DNA of 64,000 nt from an uncultured Candidatus Saccharibacteria bacterium (GCA_964383705.1 CAYLHJ010000003.1:361-64360); one strand, 5' to 3'; positions 48,246-58,585 are shown, numbered from the stretch's first letter. Made by a program: numbers and translations. Notes: generated from the letters alone by a model not told the origin.

Positions 48246-49349
48246 TTAGAATAATTTAATTATATCGTGAAAAGTTACCACAACCATAAGAAGTATAAGA
48301 AAGGCAAAACCAACAGCATTGACCGTATTTGTTATTTTGGATGAAATGGCTTTTTTGCGCACAGCCTCAATAGCAACAATTACCAAGCGCCCCCCATCAA
48401 GAGCGGGAAATGGCAAAAGATTAATTACCGCCAAGTTTATGGAAATAAGGGCGGTGAAAGATATTAGATAGACAAGACCAAGTTCTGATACGTCTCCCAC
48501 CAAACCCACAATTCCGACAGGGCCTGTTACTTGAGAAAAATCGCCATTTCCCACCACGGCTTGACCAAGAAAATTAACAAGACCAACAGTAGTCGCTACA
48601 AAAAGTTGGCTGGTGTCTTTTAACCCTTCAACCAAAGCCAAGTGGACTGGAAGATTTAAAATCCCAATTTCATCCATTGCAATACCGATAGCGATTTTGC
48701 CCTGAATAACACCTTCTTCACCCTTTACATCTTTTATTAATAATTCTTTCCCCCTCTTTATTTCAAATTTAACTCCATCCTTTCCATGAGCTTCTATGAA
48801 ATTTGAAACATTTCGACCAGTCATTTCTTTTAGAACAAAGGTTTCTCGGGAGGATTCTGAGGAAAGCGAAATGATGGTGTCTCCAGGCTTTATGGATGAC
48901 CTGTCGGCCGGTGAATTGGGAGAAACCGCAGTAATAATCAATCTTTCATTTTTTACGATACCTGGACCATCATGACTGACCGGAGTTGGCAAACCAATTA
49001 AATAACCACTAGCAATTAGAATCCAAGCAAACAGGAAATTAAACAAAACTCCGGCAACAAGAACAGCCGCTTGAATATGCCTTGGCTTAGCAATAATACT
49101 CCTATTGTGTTCTGGGCCGGATATTGATTCATCATTAGGATCCTCACCAAATATCTTTACAAAACCACCAAATGGAATTGCGTTTATAGAATATTCAGTT
49201 TCACCGCGAGTAGTACTCCAAAGTTTAGGAGGAAAACCAATACCAAACTCAGTTACCTTTATACCAGACCTCTTGGCAACAAGAAAATGACCTAATTCAT
49301 GGACAAAGACTAGAATTGCTAAAACAATAATAAAGATAATTATAGACAT
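48246..49349 (-). CDS. rseP: RIP metalloprotease RseP (M50, PDZ)
   Basis: HELGH, GFPP, PFGGFV, NLLPFPALDGG. Confidence 0.95.
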   Translation of the reverse strand: MSIIIFIIVLAILVFVHELGHFLVAKRSGIKVTEFGIGFPPKLWSTTRGETEYSINAIPFGGFVKIFGEDPNDESISGPEHNRSIIAKPRHIQAAVLVAGVLFNFLFAWILIASGYLIGLPTPVSHDGPGIVKNERLIITAVSPNSPADRSSIKPGDTIISLSSESSRETFVLKEMTGRNVSNFIEAHGKDGVKFEIKRGKELLIKDVKGEEGVIQGKIAIGIAMDEIGILNLPVHLALVEGLKDTSQLFVATTVGLVNFLGQAVVGNGDFSQVTGPVGIVGLVGDVSELGLVYLISFTALISINLAVINLLPFPALDGGRLVIVAIEAVRKKAISSKITNTVNAVGFAFLILLMVVVTFHDIIKLF

Positions 49350-49901
49350 TTATGTAATTATTTCTTGCTCCTTCTTTTCCGCCATTTCATCTATCTTTTT
49401 GTTAACAATTTCAACTCTCTTTTGAAGCTCTTCATAATAACGAAACTTATCGTCTTCACTTATCTCCCCCTTTTTTTCTTTTAAATCGATGTCGCTTTTT
49501 ATTTTTTCTCGTTCAAGCCTTAAACTGATTTTAGCTTCCTCCTGTTTTTGTTTTGCAACTTTTACTAATGCTACTCTGCGTTCAGTGGTTAATTGAGGAA
49601 AACTGACTCTTAAACCCTTTTCATCTGTTGAAACAGAAAGCCCCAAACCAGAATCAATAATTCCTTTTTCAATATTTTTTGACTGAGTTATATCCCAAGG
49701 AGTTATTCGTAGAGTCTTTGGATCTTCGACAGAAATACCAGCGAGCTCTCGGATAGACATCTTGCTCCCATATGATTCTACAGAAACCGCATCAAGAATA
49801 ACTGGTGTCGCTCTCCCAGTACGTATTAAAGAATACTCTTGTTTTAACCAAGAGATTACATCTTCAGTTTTTTGATCAAAAATTTGAAAATTGTATACCA
49901 T
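49350..49901 (-). CDS. frr: ribosome recycling factor
   Basis: IRTGRA, ITPWD, PQLTTERR, ISEDD. Confidence 0.96.
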   Translation of the reverse strand: MVYNFQIFDQKTEDVISWLKQEYSLIRTGRATPVILDAVSVESYGSKMSIRELAGISVEDPKTLRITPWDITQSKNIEKGIIDSGLGLSVSTDEKGLRVSFPQLTTERRVALVKVAKQKQEEAKISLRLEREKIKSDIDLKEKKGEISEDDKFRYYEELQKRVEIVNKKIDEMAEKKEQEIIT

Positions 49902-49942
49902 ACATCGCTATTGTATCAGAGAAATTAACAAGCTCAATTTAA

Positions 49943-50467
49943 TCAATAAAAAATAGAATAAATAGATATTACAACACCAACAAAAACAACTTGGAGTAAT
50001 GGACCGAGAAGATAATTCTTTTTTAGATTTTTCTTGCTATGACAAAATTCATGAAATTTTTTAAGAGAAATAAGGGGTTCTTTTTTATATATAAAATAAA
50101 CAAATTGCAAAAAGTCCGGCATAACACCACCAAGCGCCCCCCAAAAGATACCACTTGAAATAATCCCAGAAAAAGTAAAGCTATCAAAATATTGCTGATA
50201 AAAGTAAAAAGCAACGACAAATCCAAAAATACAATCAAAAAGAATTACGAGTACATCAGTTATTGTTTTTTTGCTGAAGACCACAATAACGCTTTTTTTA
50301 TCTGCCGATTTTTTCTTAAATGAATTGAGTAAATGAAAATAGTCCCAGTGCGCGATGGAATCAAGTAGAAAGTGGCTTAAAAAGCCAAATAGAAAAGACA
50401 ACACTGGATGAGTGCGCATCATTAAACCAATAGAGGCTCCAATTACTCCGTGCGTTGCTAATACCAT
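49943..50467 (-). CDS. membrane protein, putative metal-dependent hydrolase
   Basis: THGVIG, SHFLLDSIAHWD, PDF, H..CH motifs. Confidence 0.6.
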   Translation of the reverse strand: MVLATHGVIGASIGLMMRTHPVLSFLFGFLSHFLLDSIAHWDYFHLLNSFKKKSADKKSVIVVFSKKTITDVLVILFDCIFGFVVAFYFYQQYFDSFTFSGIISSGIFWGALGGVMPDFLQFVYFIYKKEPLISLKKFHEFCHSKKNLKKNYLLGPLLQVVFVGVVISIYSIFY

Positions 50468-50490
50468 CGGTCTAGAGTATACCAAGGTTT

Positions 50491-51186
50491 CTAAACCCTG
50501 GGAATAATACTACTTATGTGTTCTAAAATAATTTTTACTGATGGTGAACGACTGCGCAAATACTTCTTTAGATTAATAATGTCCAACAATGTGCTCCCAT
50601 TTAATCTAACCTGATGTTTTTTTAAAAAAATATCTCTCCCGTAAACTTCAATACTATCTAAAAGTGAAATTGCTCTTGTTTTATCTTTATCTTCGACAAT
50701 ATTTTCAATTATCAAACTCCTCTGCTTAGAATTTGCCTTAAAAAAGGCCTCTCCCGTCTTTAAAAGATGATCCTCCCTATCAGAATAATCAGATAGAGGG
50801 ACAATGAGCATACGGGATCGAAGGGTCGGCAAAAGTATCTCAGCGGAAGGGGCAATAATAAAAAAGTGTGTATTCCCTGTTGGTTCTTCAAACATTTTTA
50901 AAAGAGCATTTTGAGCTTCTAATGAAAAAGACTCAACTCCAATGACAAAGATTTTCCTATTGTTGAAGCTTTTCTTTGACTGAAGGTTTGATACAAGTCT
51001 CCCTTCCTCTATACCAAACATTGAAAATTTACTTTTCCAATAATCGGGGTTTGCCTTAACAGAAAAAGAAAGTTCTTTCTCAAAAAACAACTCAAGGTCT
51101 AAAACTAATGAATCAAAATCACCAACTAGAAAGTGGGAATGGTGCAGAGTTCCATATTTTTTAAACCAATTCGAAAGAAATTTCAT
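50491..51186 (-). CDS. holB: DNA polymerase III delta' subunit (reduced)
   Basis: EAQNALLKMFEEP, LLPTLRSR; no Zn finger or Walker A. Confidence 0.8.
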   Translation of the reverse strand: MKFLSNWFKKYGTLHHSHFLVGDFDSLVLDLELFFEKELSFSVKANPDYWKSKFSMFGIEEGRLVSNLQSKKSFNNRKIFVIGVESFSLEAQNALLKMFEEPTGNTHFFIIAPSAEILLPTLRSRMLIVPLSDYSDREDHLLKTGEAFFKANSKQRSLIIENIVEDKDKTRAISLLDSIEVYGRDIFLKKHQVRLNGSTLLDIINLKKYLRSRSPSVKIILEHISSIIPRV

Positions 51187-51195
51187 TTTAACTTA

Positions 51196-52209
51196 CTACC
51201 GTTTTGAGATAATGCTCTTCTTATATATATCCAAATGATCAAGGGCTACTCCTGTACCACGGGCAACACAATAGATAGGATCTTTGGCGAGTGTAGCTTT
51301 TACCCCAGTCCGACGGAAAACAAGTTCAGGAAGATTGCGCAACAAAGAAGATCCCCCTGTCATAATTATACCCTTATCAATAATATCTGAAGAAAGTTCT
51401 GGGGGCGTTTCCTGAAGTACGTCTTTTATCGCCTTTATCATCTCCCTTAATTCTTTTGAAATTGCTTTAACAATTTCATTTGTCTTTATTTCAACGGAAC
51501 GCGGTAGTCCCAAAACGTAATCCCTTCCTTTTATATTCATAACCAATTCTTCTTCTAGCGGAATAGCCGAACCAATTTTCATTTTTATCTCTTCTGCAGT
51601 CTTATCTCCAATAGCTAAATTAAAACTTTTCTTAATGTAGTCAGCAATCGCCAGATCAACCCTATTGCCAGCACATTTTATTGATGTTGAAGCGACGATA
51701 CCGCCCAAAGAAATAACAGCCACATCAGTCGTCCCGCCACCAATGTCAACAATCATGTGGCCTACAGGCTCATGAATCGGAATACCGGCCCCGATTGCGG
51801 CCAATATCGGTTCTTTAACTACAAAAGCATTTTTAGCTCCAGCTTTCATTGCCGCCTCAACTACCGCCCTCCTTTCCGTCGAAGTAACTCCTGCCGGGAC
51901 AGATATCAAAACCTCCGGCTTTGCAATATTCCATTTCCCAAGAGCCTTTCCGATATAATAACGCAACATTGCTTCAGTTACCCTATAATCTGCAATTACC
52001 CCATCTTTCATCGGGCGATAAGCCACAATTGAATCTGGAGTTTTGCCTATCATCTCTTTCGCTTCCAAACCAATAGCAAGAATCTTTTTATCTTCTTCTG
52101 AAATTGCAACAACTGATGGTTCATTAAGCACAATCCCCCGCCCCGGTGCAAAAACAAGCACGCTTGTTGTGCCTAAGTCTACCCCCAACTTTTTAGAGAA
52201 AATACCCAT
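51196..52209 (-). CDS. mreB: second MreB/Mbl-family actin-like protein
   Basis: GVDLGT, EPSVVA, DIGGGTT, TGGSSLL. Confidence 0.93.
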   Translation of the reverse strand: MGIFSKKLGVDLGTTSVLVFAPGRGIVLNEPSVVAISEEDKKILAIGLEAKEMIGKTPDSIVAYRPMKDGVIADYRVTEAMLRYYIGKALGKWNIAKPEVLISVPAGVTSTERRAVVEAAMKAGAKNAFVVKEPILAAIGAGIPIHEPVGHMIVDIGGGTTDVAVISLGGIVASTSIKCAGNRVDLAIADYIKKSFNLAIGDKTAEEIKMKIGSAIPLEEELVMNIKGRDYVLGLPRSVEIKTNEIVKAISKELREMIKAIKDVLQETPPELSSDIIDKGIIMTGGSSLLRNLPELVFRRTGVKATLAKDPIYCVARGTGVALDHLDIYKKSIISKR

Positions 52210-52275
52210 ACGACCATAGCTTACGGTTTTTAAAATGAAAATACAAGAAAAAGGAATGTGATATTCTGATAAACA

Positions 52276-54162
52276 ATGAAGCTCTACAACGTTATTCCTA
52301 TTGGTCGAACTATGGGCAAGGAAACCCTGTCATACTTTGGTAGAGACTCAATTGAACTTGGGTCTCTTGTATCAATCCCCCTGCGAAAAAAGACCGGATT
52401 AGCAATTGTCGTAGACAAAAAAGATGTCCGCGAGATTAAATCAGAAATAAGAAAATCTGAATATTCCCTAAAGAAAATAAATAAAGTAGAGTCAAAAAAC
52501 TTTTTATCTAAAGAATTTCTAGAGGCAACGCGAGAAACCTCTAAATGGTACGCGGTTTCTACTGGCGCAATTTTAGAAAATGTCACACCAAAACACGTTT
52601 TAGAGAATGCTTCAAAAATTCACCCACCAAAAACAATTAGGAGAAAAAATGAGCCACACGAACCACTAGTCATACAGGCAGAAGACGAAGAGAGGTTTGC
52701 GCATTATAAGAGTTTCATTAGAGGTCAGTTCGCAAAACAGTCATCAGTTTATTTCTGTTTACCAAATATTGAGGATATAAGACAGGCCCAATCAAACCTC
52801 GAAAAAGGAATAGAAAAATACACCGTTGCAGTCCACAGCGGGCTAACAAAAAAGGAATTTTTGGAAGTAATTCGAATAATAGAAAATGAAAGACATCCGA
52901 TTTTAATTATTGGAACTGTCCCGTATCTTTCTATTGAACGTGATGACCTGGGAAGCGTCGTTTTAGATCACGAAAATTCTCGATCATACCGAACAAATAA
53001 AAGACCTTTCATTGATTTGAGAAATTTTGTTAGGTTTTTAGCCAAATCAAAGAAAATCCCTCTACTTCTTGGAGACACATTATTGTCTGTTGAAACAATC
53101 TGGCATCAGAAAAATGACAATTATGTAGAATTCTCGCCACTTAAAATGAGAATACTATCACCGGCCCGAGACATAATTGTAGACATGAAAAATAAAGATG
53201 AAGAATCAAAGAAATTTCGTGTCTTATCCCCAGAGCTAACAGCATTAATTGATAAGACAAAAGAAGAGAACGAAAATCTTTTCATATTCTCAGTAAGAAA
53301 GGGGTTGTCCCCCTCTACAGTTTGCGGAGATTGTGGTCAAGTCGTAACTTGTGCACGCTGTAATGCCCCAGTAAGTCTCTACTCTGAAAAAAACAAAGAA
53401 AATTTTTTCTTATGTAATAAATGCGGATTAAAGAGCGATGCGTCTATACGATGCAATAATTGCGATAGTTGGAAATTGAACACTTTAGGCATTGGAATTG
53501 AGCTTGTTGAAGAAGAAATTAGGAAGAAATTCCCAGACATTATGATATTCAGATTAGATAAAGAAATTATAAAAACTGAAAAAAAGGCTCGTGATATTAT
53601 AACCAAATTTGAAAATTCCCCCGGAAGCATACTTCTTGGAACAGAACTCGCTTTATTTTATCTCAAAAAACAAATAGAAAATGTGGCGGTAGCATCAATA
53701 GATAGTTTGTTCTCTATACCAGATTTTCGTATCAATGAAAAAATATTTTATAACCTTCTTTTAATGCGCTCGCTGGCTCAAAAAGTTTTTTTGATACAAA
53801 CAAGAAATAAAACTGAACCGATATTTGAATATGCGACAAAAGGCAATCTGGCTGATTTTTACAAAAATGAGATTACTGATAGAGAAAATTTTGATTATCC
53901 ACCATTCAAGATATTCATTAAAATTTCTGTGGAAGGAAAACCCATGATAGTAGAAAAAGTTGGAGAAAATATGAAAGAATTCCTAAAAGAATATGAACCT
54001 TCTCTATATCAAGCGTTCTCACCAAGTAAAAGAGGAAATACTATTATTCATCTACTTATAAGAAAAAACCCAAAAGAGTGGCCAGACGATGGCTTAATTG
54101 CAAAATTGCGAGAGTTGGGGCCAGCTGTCTCCGTCAAAGTAGACCCAGAAAGTCTGCTGTGA
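52276..54162 (+). CDS. priA: primosomal protein N' (PriA), helicase-degenerate
   Basis: N-terminal 3'-DNA-binding domain (LSY...GSLVSIPL), CxxC zinc cluster, G.GIE, PDFR..E, QT, YPPF, VDP C-terminus; no Walker A. Confidence 0.88.
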   Translation: MKLYNVIPIGRTMGKETLSYFGRDSIELGSLVSIPLRKKTGLAIVVDKKDVREIKSEIRKSEYSLKKINKVESKNFLSKEFLEATRETSKWYAVSTGAILENVTPKHVLENASKIHPPKTIRRKNEPHEPLVIQAEDEERFAHYKSFIRGQFAKQSSVYFCLPNIEDIRQAQSNLEKGIEKYTVAVHSGLTKKEFLEVIRIIENERHPILIIGTVPYLSIERDDLGSVVLDHENSRSYRTNKRPFIDLRNFVRFLAKSKKIPLLLGDTLLSVETIWHQKNDNYVEFSPLKMRILSPARDIIVDMKNKDEESKKFRVLSPELTALIDKTKEENENLFIFSVRKGLSPSTVCGDCGQVVTCARCNAPVSLYSEKNKENFFLCNKCGLKSDASIRCNNCDSWKLNTLGIGIELVEEEIRKKFPDIMIFRLDKEIIKTEKKARDIITKFENSPGSILLGTELALFYLKKQIENVAVASIDSLFSIPDFRINEKIFYNLLLMRSLAQKVFLIQTRNKTEPIFEYATKGNLADFYKNEITDRENFDYPPFKIFIKISVEGKPMIVEKVGENMKEFLKEYEPSLYQAFSPSKRGNTIIHLLIRKNPKEWPDDGLIAKLRELGPAVSVKVDPESLL

Positions 54163-54180
54163 TAAAGTTTCTATGAAATT

Positions 54181-54732
54181 ATGACCAGCATAGTTCAAAA
54201 GGATAATCCCATTTTGCGCACCACCGCTTTGGAAGTAAACAAAAAGGATATCCTCTCCACCAAAATAAAAAAAATTATAAGCGAAATGAAGAAGGCTCTA
54301 GAATCCCAAGATGATGGTGTTGCTATTGCCGCACCGCAGATCGGAGTCGGATTACGTATATTTGTTGTATCAGGAAAAGCAATCAGTTTTATGAAAGGTG
54401 AAGATGAAAAAAATGGAGATTACCCCGACATGGTATTCATAAATCCAAAAATCACGAAACAATCAAAAAAGAAAAAGATAATGGAGGAAGGATGTCTTTC
54501 TATCAGATATTTATATGGAAAAGTCAAAAGATCAGACAAAGTACAAATTGAGGCATACGATGAAAATGGCAATTTTTTCAGTCGCGGAGGATCAGGACTC
54601 TTAGCTCAGATTTTCCAACACGAGACCGATCATTTAAATGGGATATTGTTTACTGATCTGGCAACAGATATCGAGAATATTCCTCCAAATGAATTTATCA
54701 AACGATCAAGGGGTCGCCATCTTCATGCCTAA
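54181..54732 (+). CDS. def: peptide deformylase
   Basis: GVAIAAPQIG, EGCLS, QHETDHL. Confidence 0.97.
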   Translation: MTSIVQKDNPILRTTALEVNKKDILSTKIKKIISEMKKALESQDDGVAIAAPQIGVGLRIFVVSGKAISFMKGEDEKNGDYPDMVFINPKITKQSKKKKIMEEGCLSIRYLYGKVKRSDKVQIEAYDENGNFFSRGGSGLLAQIFQHETDHLNGILFTDLATDIENIPPNEFIKRSRGRHLHA

Positions 54733-55612
54733 AGATATTTCCTTTGTATTCTGGGGAACACCAAAGTTTGCTCAAATTATTCTAGACGAATTAGAATCAA
54801 GAGGTTTTGTTCCGAAACTCGTTATAGCCGGAGAAGACAAACCGAAAGGAAGGCATCTCATTGTTACTCCGCCAGAAACAAAAATCTGGGCAGAAAAACG
54901 AGGAATAAAAATTCTACAACCAAAGACGCTTAGAGACCCCGGAATTGTCGATGCAATTAAAAATGAAGCTCCCCAAGGAATTTGGGATTTATTCATAGTT
55001 GCGTCTTACGGGAAAATCATACCCAAAGAGCTTCTTGCTATGCCCAGAAAAGGAGCCTTGAATGTTCATCCATCACTTCTCCCAAAATTAAGAGGGCCAT
55101 CCCCAATCTCTGAAGCAATAATCCGTGAAAAAGAAACTGGGGTTACAATCATGCTCTTAGATGAGGAGATGGATCACGGACCAATTGTAGCCCAAGAGAG
55201 AATAGAGATTCTGGATTGGCCACCAGAGAATAAGATTCTTGAATCAGAACTTGCACATGCTGGAGGTCTACTTCTCGCCAAGACAATAATTCCTTGGTTA
55301 AAAGGAGAGATAAGAGAGAAAGAGCAAGAACACGACAAGGCTACATACTCAAAAAAAATCAAAAAAGAAGATGTGATAATTGATTTAAAAGATGATCCTG
55401 AAACAAATCTCAGGAAGATTAGAGCTTATAGCAACAATTTAAATCCATACACAAATATTAAAGTCAACAAAAAAGACATCCGATTGATTATAAAAAAAGC
55501 TAGAGTTGAAAACGGAAAGCTGATTATAGAGAGAGTAATCCCAGATGGTAAGAAAGAAATGGACTTTGAAGATTTTAAAAGAGGACTACATTCAGAAATT
55601 GAGGGTATTTAA
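54725..55612 (+). CDS. fmt: methionyl-tRNA formyltransferase
   Basis: FWGTPKFA, VASYG, NVHPSLLP..RGPSP, MDHGPI. Confidence 0.95.
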   Translation: MPKDISFVFWGTPKFAQIILDELESRGFVPKLVIAGEDKPKGRHLIVTPPETKIWAEKRGIKILQPKTLRDPGIVDAIKNEAPQGIWDLFIVASYGKIIPKELLAMPRKGALNVHPSLLPKLRGPSPISEAIIREKETGVTIMLLDEEMDHGPIVAQERIEILDWPPENKILESELAHAGGLLLAKTIIPWLKGEIREKEQEHDKATYSKKIKKEDVIIDLKDDPETNLRKIRAYSNNLNPYTNIKVNKKDIRLIIKKARVENGKLIIERVIPDGKKEMDFEDFKRGLHSEIEGI

Positions 55613-55613
55613 T

Positions 55614-55763
55614 TTAATCTAATCTTTCTTCACTAAATCCATAGAGAATCGAAATCGCCCTTTCTTCGGTCCTGTGCAAAATAAAAAGGATAATTACAAG
55701 GCATATGGTTCCGATAAACATCCCAACAAGCACATCTGTACCAATCCTTCTTCCGTATCTCAT
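55614..55763 (-). CDS. 49-aa single-TM small protein (absent from the ORF track)
   Basis: MRYGRRIGTDVLVGMFIGTICLVIILFILHRTEERAISILYGFSEERLD fills the gap 12 bp downstream of raiA. Confidence 0.45.
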   Translation of the reverse strand: MRYGRRIGTDVLVGMFIGTICLVIILFILHRTEERAISILYGFSEERLD

Positions 55764-55775
55764 TTGGTTTAATTG

Positions 55776-56156
55776 CTATTCATCCCCTTTTCTCCAATCC
55801 AAACCTTTAAGAATATTCTTCATCTTTAGCGCTCCTCTGCGCATAAGCGCAATCGTCTTGTCCTTATGAGAAGTGAGAGACCTGACAATCTCATCTCTAA
55901 CTTCATCAATCGCCGCGTAGAGGTCTTCTTTTTCCGAAACAGCATAAAGATTTTTCCCAGAGAGGTGTAGGTTTACTTCTGCTTTAAAGATATCGCCAGA
56001 TTTATGATGTTTCGTTATAACGCCGACCTCCACATCACAACGCGCAGAATCAACCTGATTTCCGACAAAACGATCAAAAGCAGAAAATTTTTTTTCAATA
56101 TAGTCGGCTATTGCTGGAGTAATTACCATATTTGTAGCTTTTATGTTTTTTTGCAT
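55776..56156 (-). CDS. raiA: ribosome hibernation factor RaiA/HPF
   Basis: ITPAIADYIEKK, F.AEVNL, DLYAAID. Confidence 0.92.
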   Translation of the reverse strand: MQKNIKATNMVITPAIADYIEKKFSAFDRFVGNQVDSARCDVEVGVITKHHKSGDIFKAEVNLHLSGKNLYAVSEKEDLYAAIDEVRDEIVRSLTSHKDKTIALMRRGALKMKNILKGLDWRKGDE

Positions 56157-56225
56157 AGCTTGAGGATATAAATATTAATAATTAAATTCTATCAGAAAAT
56201 AACCCGTTATTATGAAGTGAAAAAT

Positions 56226-57107
56226 TTAGTCAAATATACTGACTAAGTATTCATTAATCTCTCGCTGGTCTAAGTCGTAAAAGAATTTATTTTCTCTGTG
56301 TAACCTACGAGCCAAAGATTCTCCAACAAACCTCCAATGCCACGGTTCAAATTGATAATAAGCATTATCTTTTGGATAAGACAAAATAAAACCGTATTTA
56401 TGGGCATTTTCTTGTAACCACAAATAAGCTGGGTCATTTGCAAAATTAGTAAAATTTGAACCAAGCTCCACTGAAGTAAAGTCAATCGTAGTCCCGAGCT
56501 GATGCTCTGAATATCCTTGATCGGCGGAAAACTGATTAGCACCACTTCCATAGGTCGTATTATAACTGGATTTTAAAGCCGTCTGTGCACCAAAAGAACG
56601 GTAAGATGAAATTACTTGAAGGAAGATATCATCTTCAATAGCTTCTTCAATCAAATCTTTAAGAAAAGGAATGACTTTTTCGTGTATCTGCTGAGACCTA
56701 TCTTTGTTGTATAAATATTTCTCTGGTATATCTGCCAAATTTGATGGAATATAATTTTCGTTAAGAAAATATATCTTTGAATATTTCTGGAGAAGTTCTT
56801 TATCCGTTTTACTCAATTTTTCAAGCACTCCAACTGTATCCGCAATATCTCCTATCTGCCCCTCAAAAGATTCATTAATCTCCCTCTCTTTTGCAAGCCT
56901 TTCTACCAAATCCCTGTTCTCACTTTCCGCATATGAAATCTTTGTATATAACTCTTCTCTTTCAGATTCAAAGGCAAGCTTAGTCTGTTTAAAATCACTA
57001 TTAATCTTCCAAAAACCGTAGGCCCCCAACCCCATAACCAAAATAATAGCTGTAATGCCGGTAATAATTAATACTCTCTTCTTGTTTATGTTGTTTTCGG
57101 CAACCAT
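56226..57107 (-). CDS. M15B D-Ala-D-Ala carboxypeptidase (VanY-like) with a coiled-coil stalk
   Basis: SSYRS, SADQGYSEHQLG..D, EPWHWRFVG. Confidence 0.9.
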   Translation of the reverse strand: MVAENNINKKRVLIITGITAIILVMGLGAYGFWKINSDFKQTKLAFESEREELYTKISYAESENRDLVERLAKEREINESFEGQIGDIADTVGVLEKLSKTDKELLQKYSKIYFLNENYIPSNLADIPEKYLYNKDRSQQIHEKVIPFLKDLIEEAIEDDIFLQVISSYRSFGAQTALKSSYNTTYGSGANQFSADQGYSEHQLGTTIDFTSVELGSNFTNFANDPAYLWLQENAHKYGFILSYPKDNAYYQFEPWHWRFVGESLARRLHRENKFFYDLDQREINEYLVSIFD

Positions 57108-57158
57108 ATCCCTGAGATTGTATCATAAAGCTATAATTTCAAATGCTATAGTGAAACT

Positions 57159-57797
57159 ATGCATTCTTTCTTTAAATCACTCACGAACAAAGAAAAGGCC
57201 GTGTTTAAAAAACTTAACACGCCCAAAAAGATCCAGGATTTTTTAGAGATAATACCTATAAATTTCGAGGAAAATGGTGATACGATTTTTTCCCCCACAA
57301 CAGTAATAAAGCGACGCAAAGCACATTGCTTAGAAGGCGCCCTTCTTGCTGCCGCAATACTTTACTATCACAAAAACGCACCAATCATCATTGATCTACA
57401 ACCGGGTGATTTCAAAGATGATGGTCATGCGATTGCTGTCTTTAAGCAAAAAGGAAAGTGGGGCGCAATCAGCAAAACAAACCATGCAACTCTTAGATTT
57501 CGTGATCCTGTTTACAAAAATCACAGAGAATTAGTAATGTCTTACTTCCATGAATATTTCTTGGATGATGGGGTCAAAACATTACGTTCTTATACTGTTT
57601 TTGATTTAAGAAAAATTAAAAAAAATTGGATTGCTAACACTGACAACCTTTGGTGTATAGATGAAGCCCTAAACAAACAAAAATATATAAAAATTATATC
57701 AAAAAAAGAAGTGAAATCATTAAGAAAAGCAGACAAAATAGAAATAGAATCCGGGAAAATAATTCAATGGAAAAAGAAAAGCCACCCAGAAGTCTGA
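57159..57797 (+). CDS. conserved hypothetical protein, transglutaminase/papain-like Cys-His motifs
   Basis: HCLEGA, DDGHAIAVF, WGAISKTN, LRFRDPVY. Confidence 0.7.
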   Translation: MHSFFKSLTNKEKAVFKKLNTPKKIQDFLEIIPINFEENGDTIFSPTTVIKRRKAHCLEGALLAAAILYYHKNAPIIIDLQPGDFKDDGHAIAVFKQKGKWGAISKTNHATLRFRDPVYKNHRELVMSYFHEYFLDDGVKTLRSYTVFDLRKIKKNWIANTDNLWCIDEALNKQKYIKIISKKEVKSLRKADKIEIESGKIIQWKKKSHPEV

Positions 57798-57815
57798 TGA
57801 CTTTCCTTGGGTGGC
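57781..57815. terminator. hairpin between convergent genes
   Basis: GCCACCCA-GAAGTC-tgat-GACTTT-cct-TGGGTGGC. Confidence 0.6.
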
Positions 57816-57833
57816 CAATGTCGCCGACAGGGA

Positions 57834-57980
57834 TCAATTCTTCTCGGTCCTGACCACGCGACTGGCGACCGTCTTTGGGGCGCTGACCGGGTGAAGCCTC
57901 CCATTGGGATCCTTCTCCCGAATCTCGAGACTCCCGCCCTGTTTGTACCAGTGATCAAGCTCTTCCCGACTCGGGGGCAT
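57834..57980 (-). CDS. 48-aa small orphan protein (absent from the ORF track)
   Basis: MPPSREELDHWYKQGGSLEIREKDPNGRLHPVSAPKTVASRVVRTEKN; AGAGG SD; downstream hairpin. Confidence 0.45.
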   Translation of the reverse strand: MPPSREELDHWYKQGGSLEIREKDPNGRLHPVSAPKTVASRVVRTEKN

Positions 57981-58098
57981 ACTTGCCTCTTTGGTGGTAG
58001 GTGAAAAAATAGCTCTCTCCTTTCATACTATCACCTTTGCCATCAAAAGTCAAGATGGAACAAAAACCCCAAGCAAGAAAGTTCCAACAATGACAAAC

Positions 58099-58497
58099 CT
58101 AAAGAAAGGCAAGAGCAAAACCACTTAGATAAGCAACTATCCAAATCGGTAAAAACATGCACTTTGCCGATTTGATATGTAAAATCCGATACCTACTCCT
58201 AACCAACTGAATTTCAGAAAGAGCCTTTAGTCCAAGAGCTGCCTGAAAAAAGAAAGCTAGAATCGCCAATACAGATAGGGCGATGTGAACCTTGAGGGTT
58301 AAAGGAAATTGGATGAGAACAACCCCATTACCAGAAAGGAGTAGCCACATAAGATATGTCGCGTACATATCTGCAAAAAACCCAAAGAGGGCCGTCAGGA
58401 CATGTATGTTCCAGTGCCTCCTCGCTACGAAAAAAGCGAACAAATAAAGCAAGAAAGCAACCGACATCCAGATTTCAATCTGATGTTTGATCTCCAT
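58099..58497 (-). CDS. DUF420-like 4-TM membrane protein
   Basis: Four hydrophobic helices with His residues (HVLTA, VHIALS, LHIK), W..AYLSG. Confidence 0.6.
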   Translation of the reverse strand: MEIKHQIEIWMSVAFLLYLFAFFVARRHWNIHVLTALFGFFADMYATYLMWLLLSGNGVVLIQFPLTLKVHIALSVLAILAFFFQAALGLKALSEIQLVRSRYRILHIKSAKCMFLPIWIVAYLSGFALAFL

Positions 58498-58585
58498 ATA
58501 ACCCCCATTTCAAAGTTGGCAATGGTTAACAAATTCCGCTATTAGATAATCATAAACAATGCAACCCGTCAATGAAATGAACTTA

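Noticed and set aside
56226-57107. Vancomycin-resistance locus
   Set aside because: A lone VanY-like M15 peptidase without vanHAX/vanRS; more likely housekeeping peptidoglycan trimming
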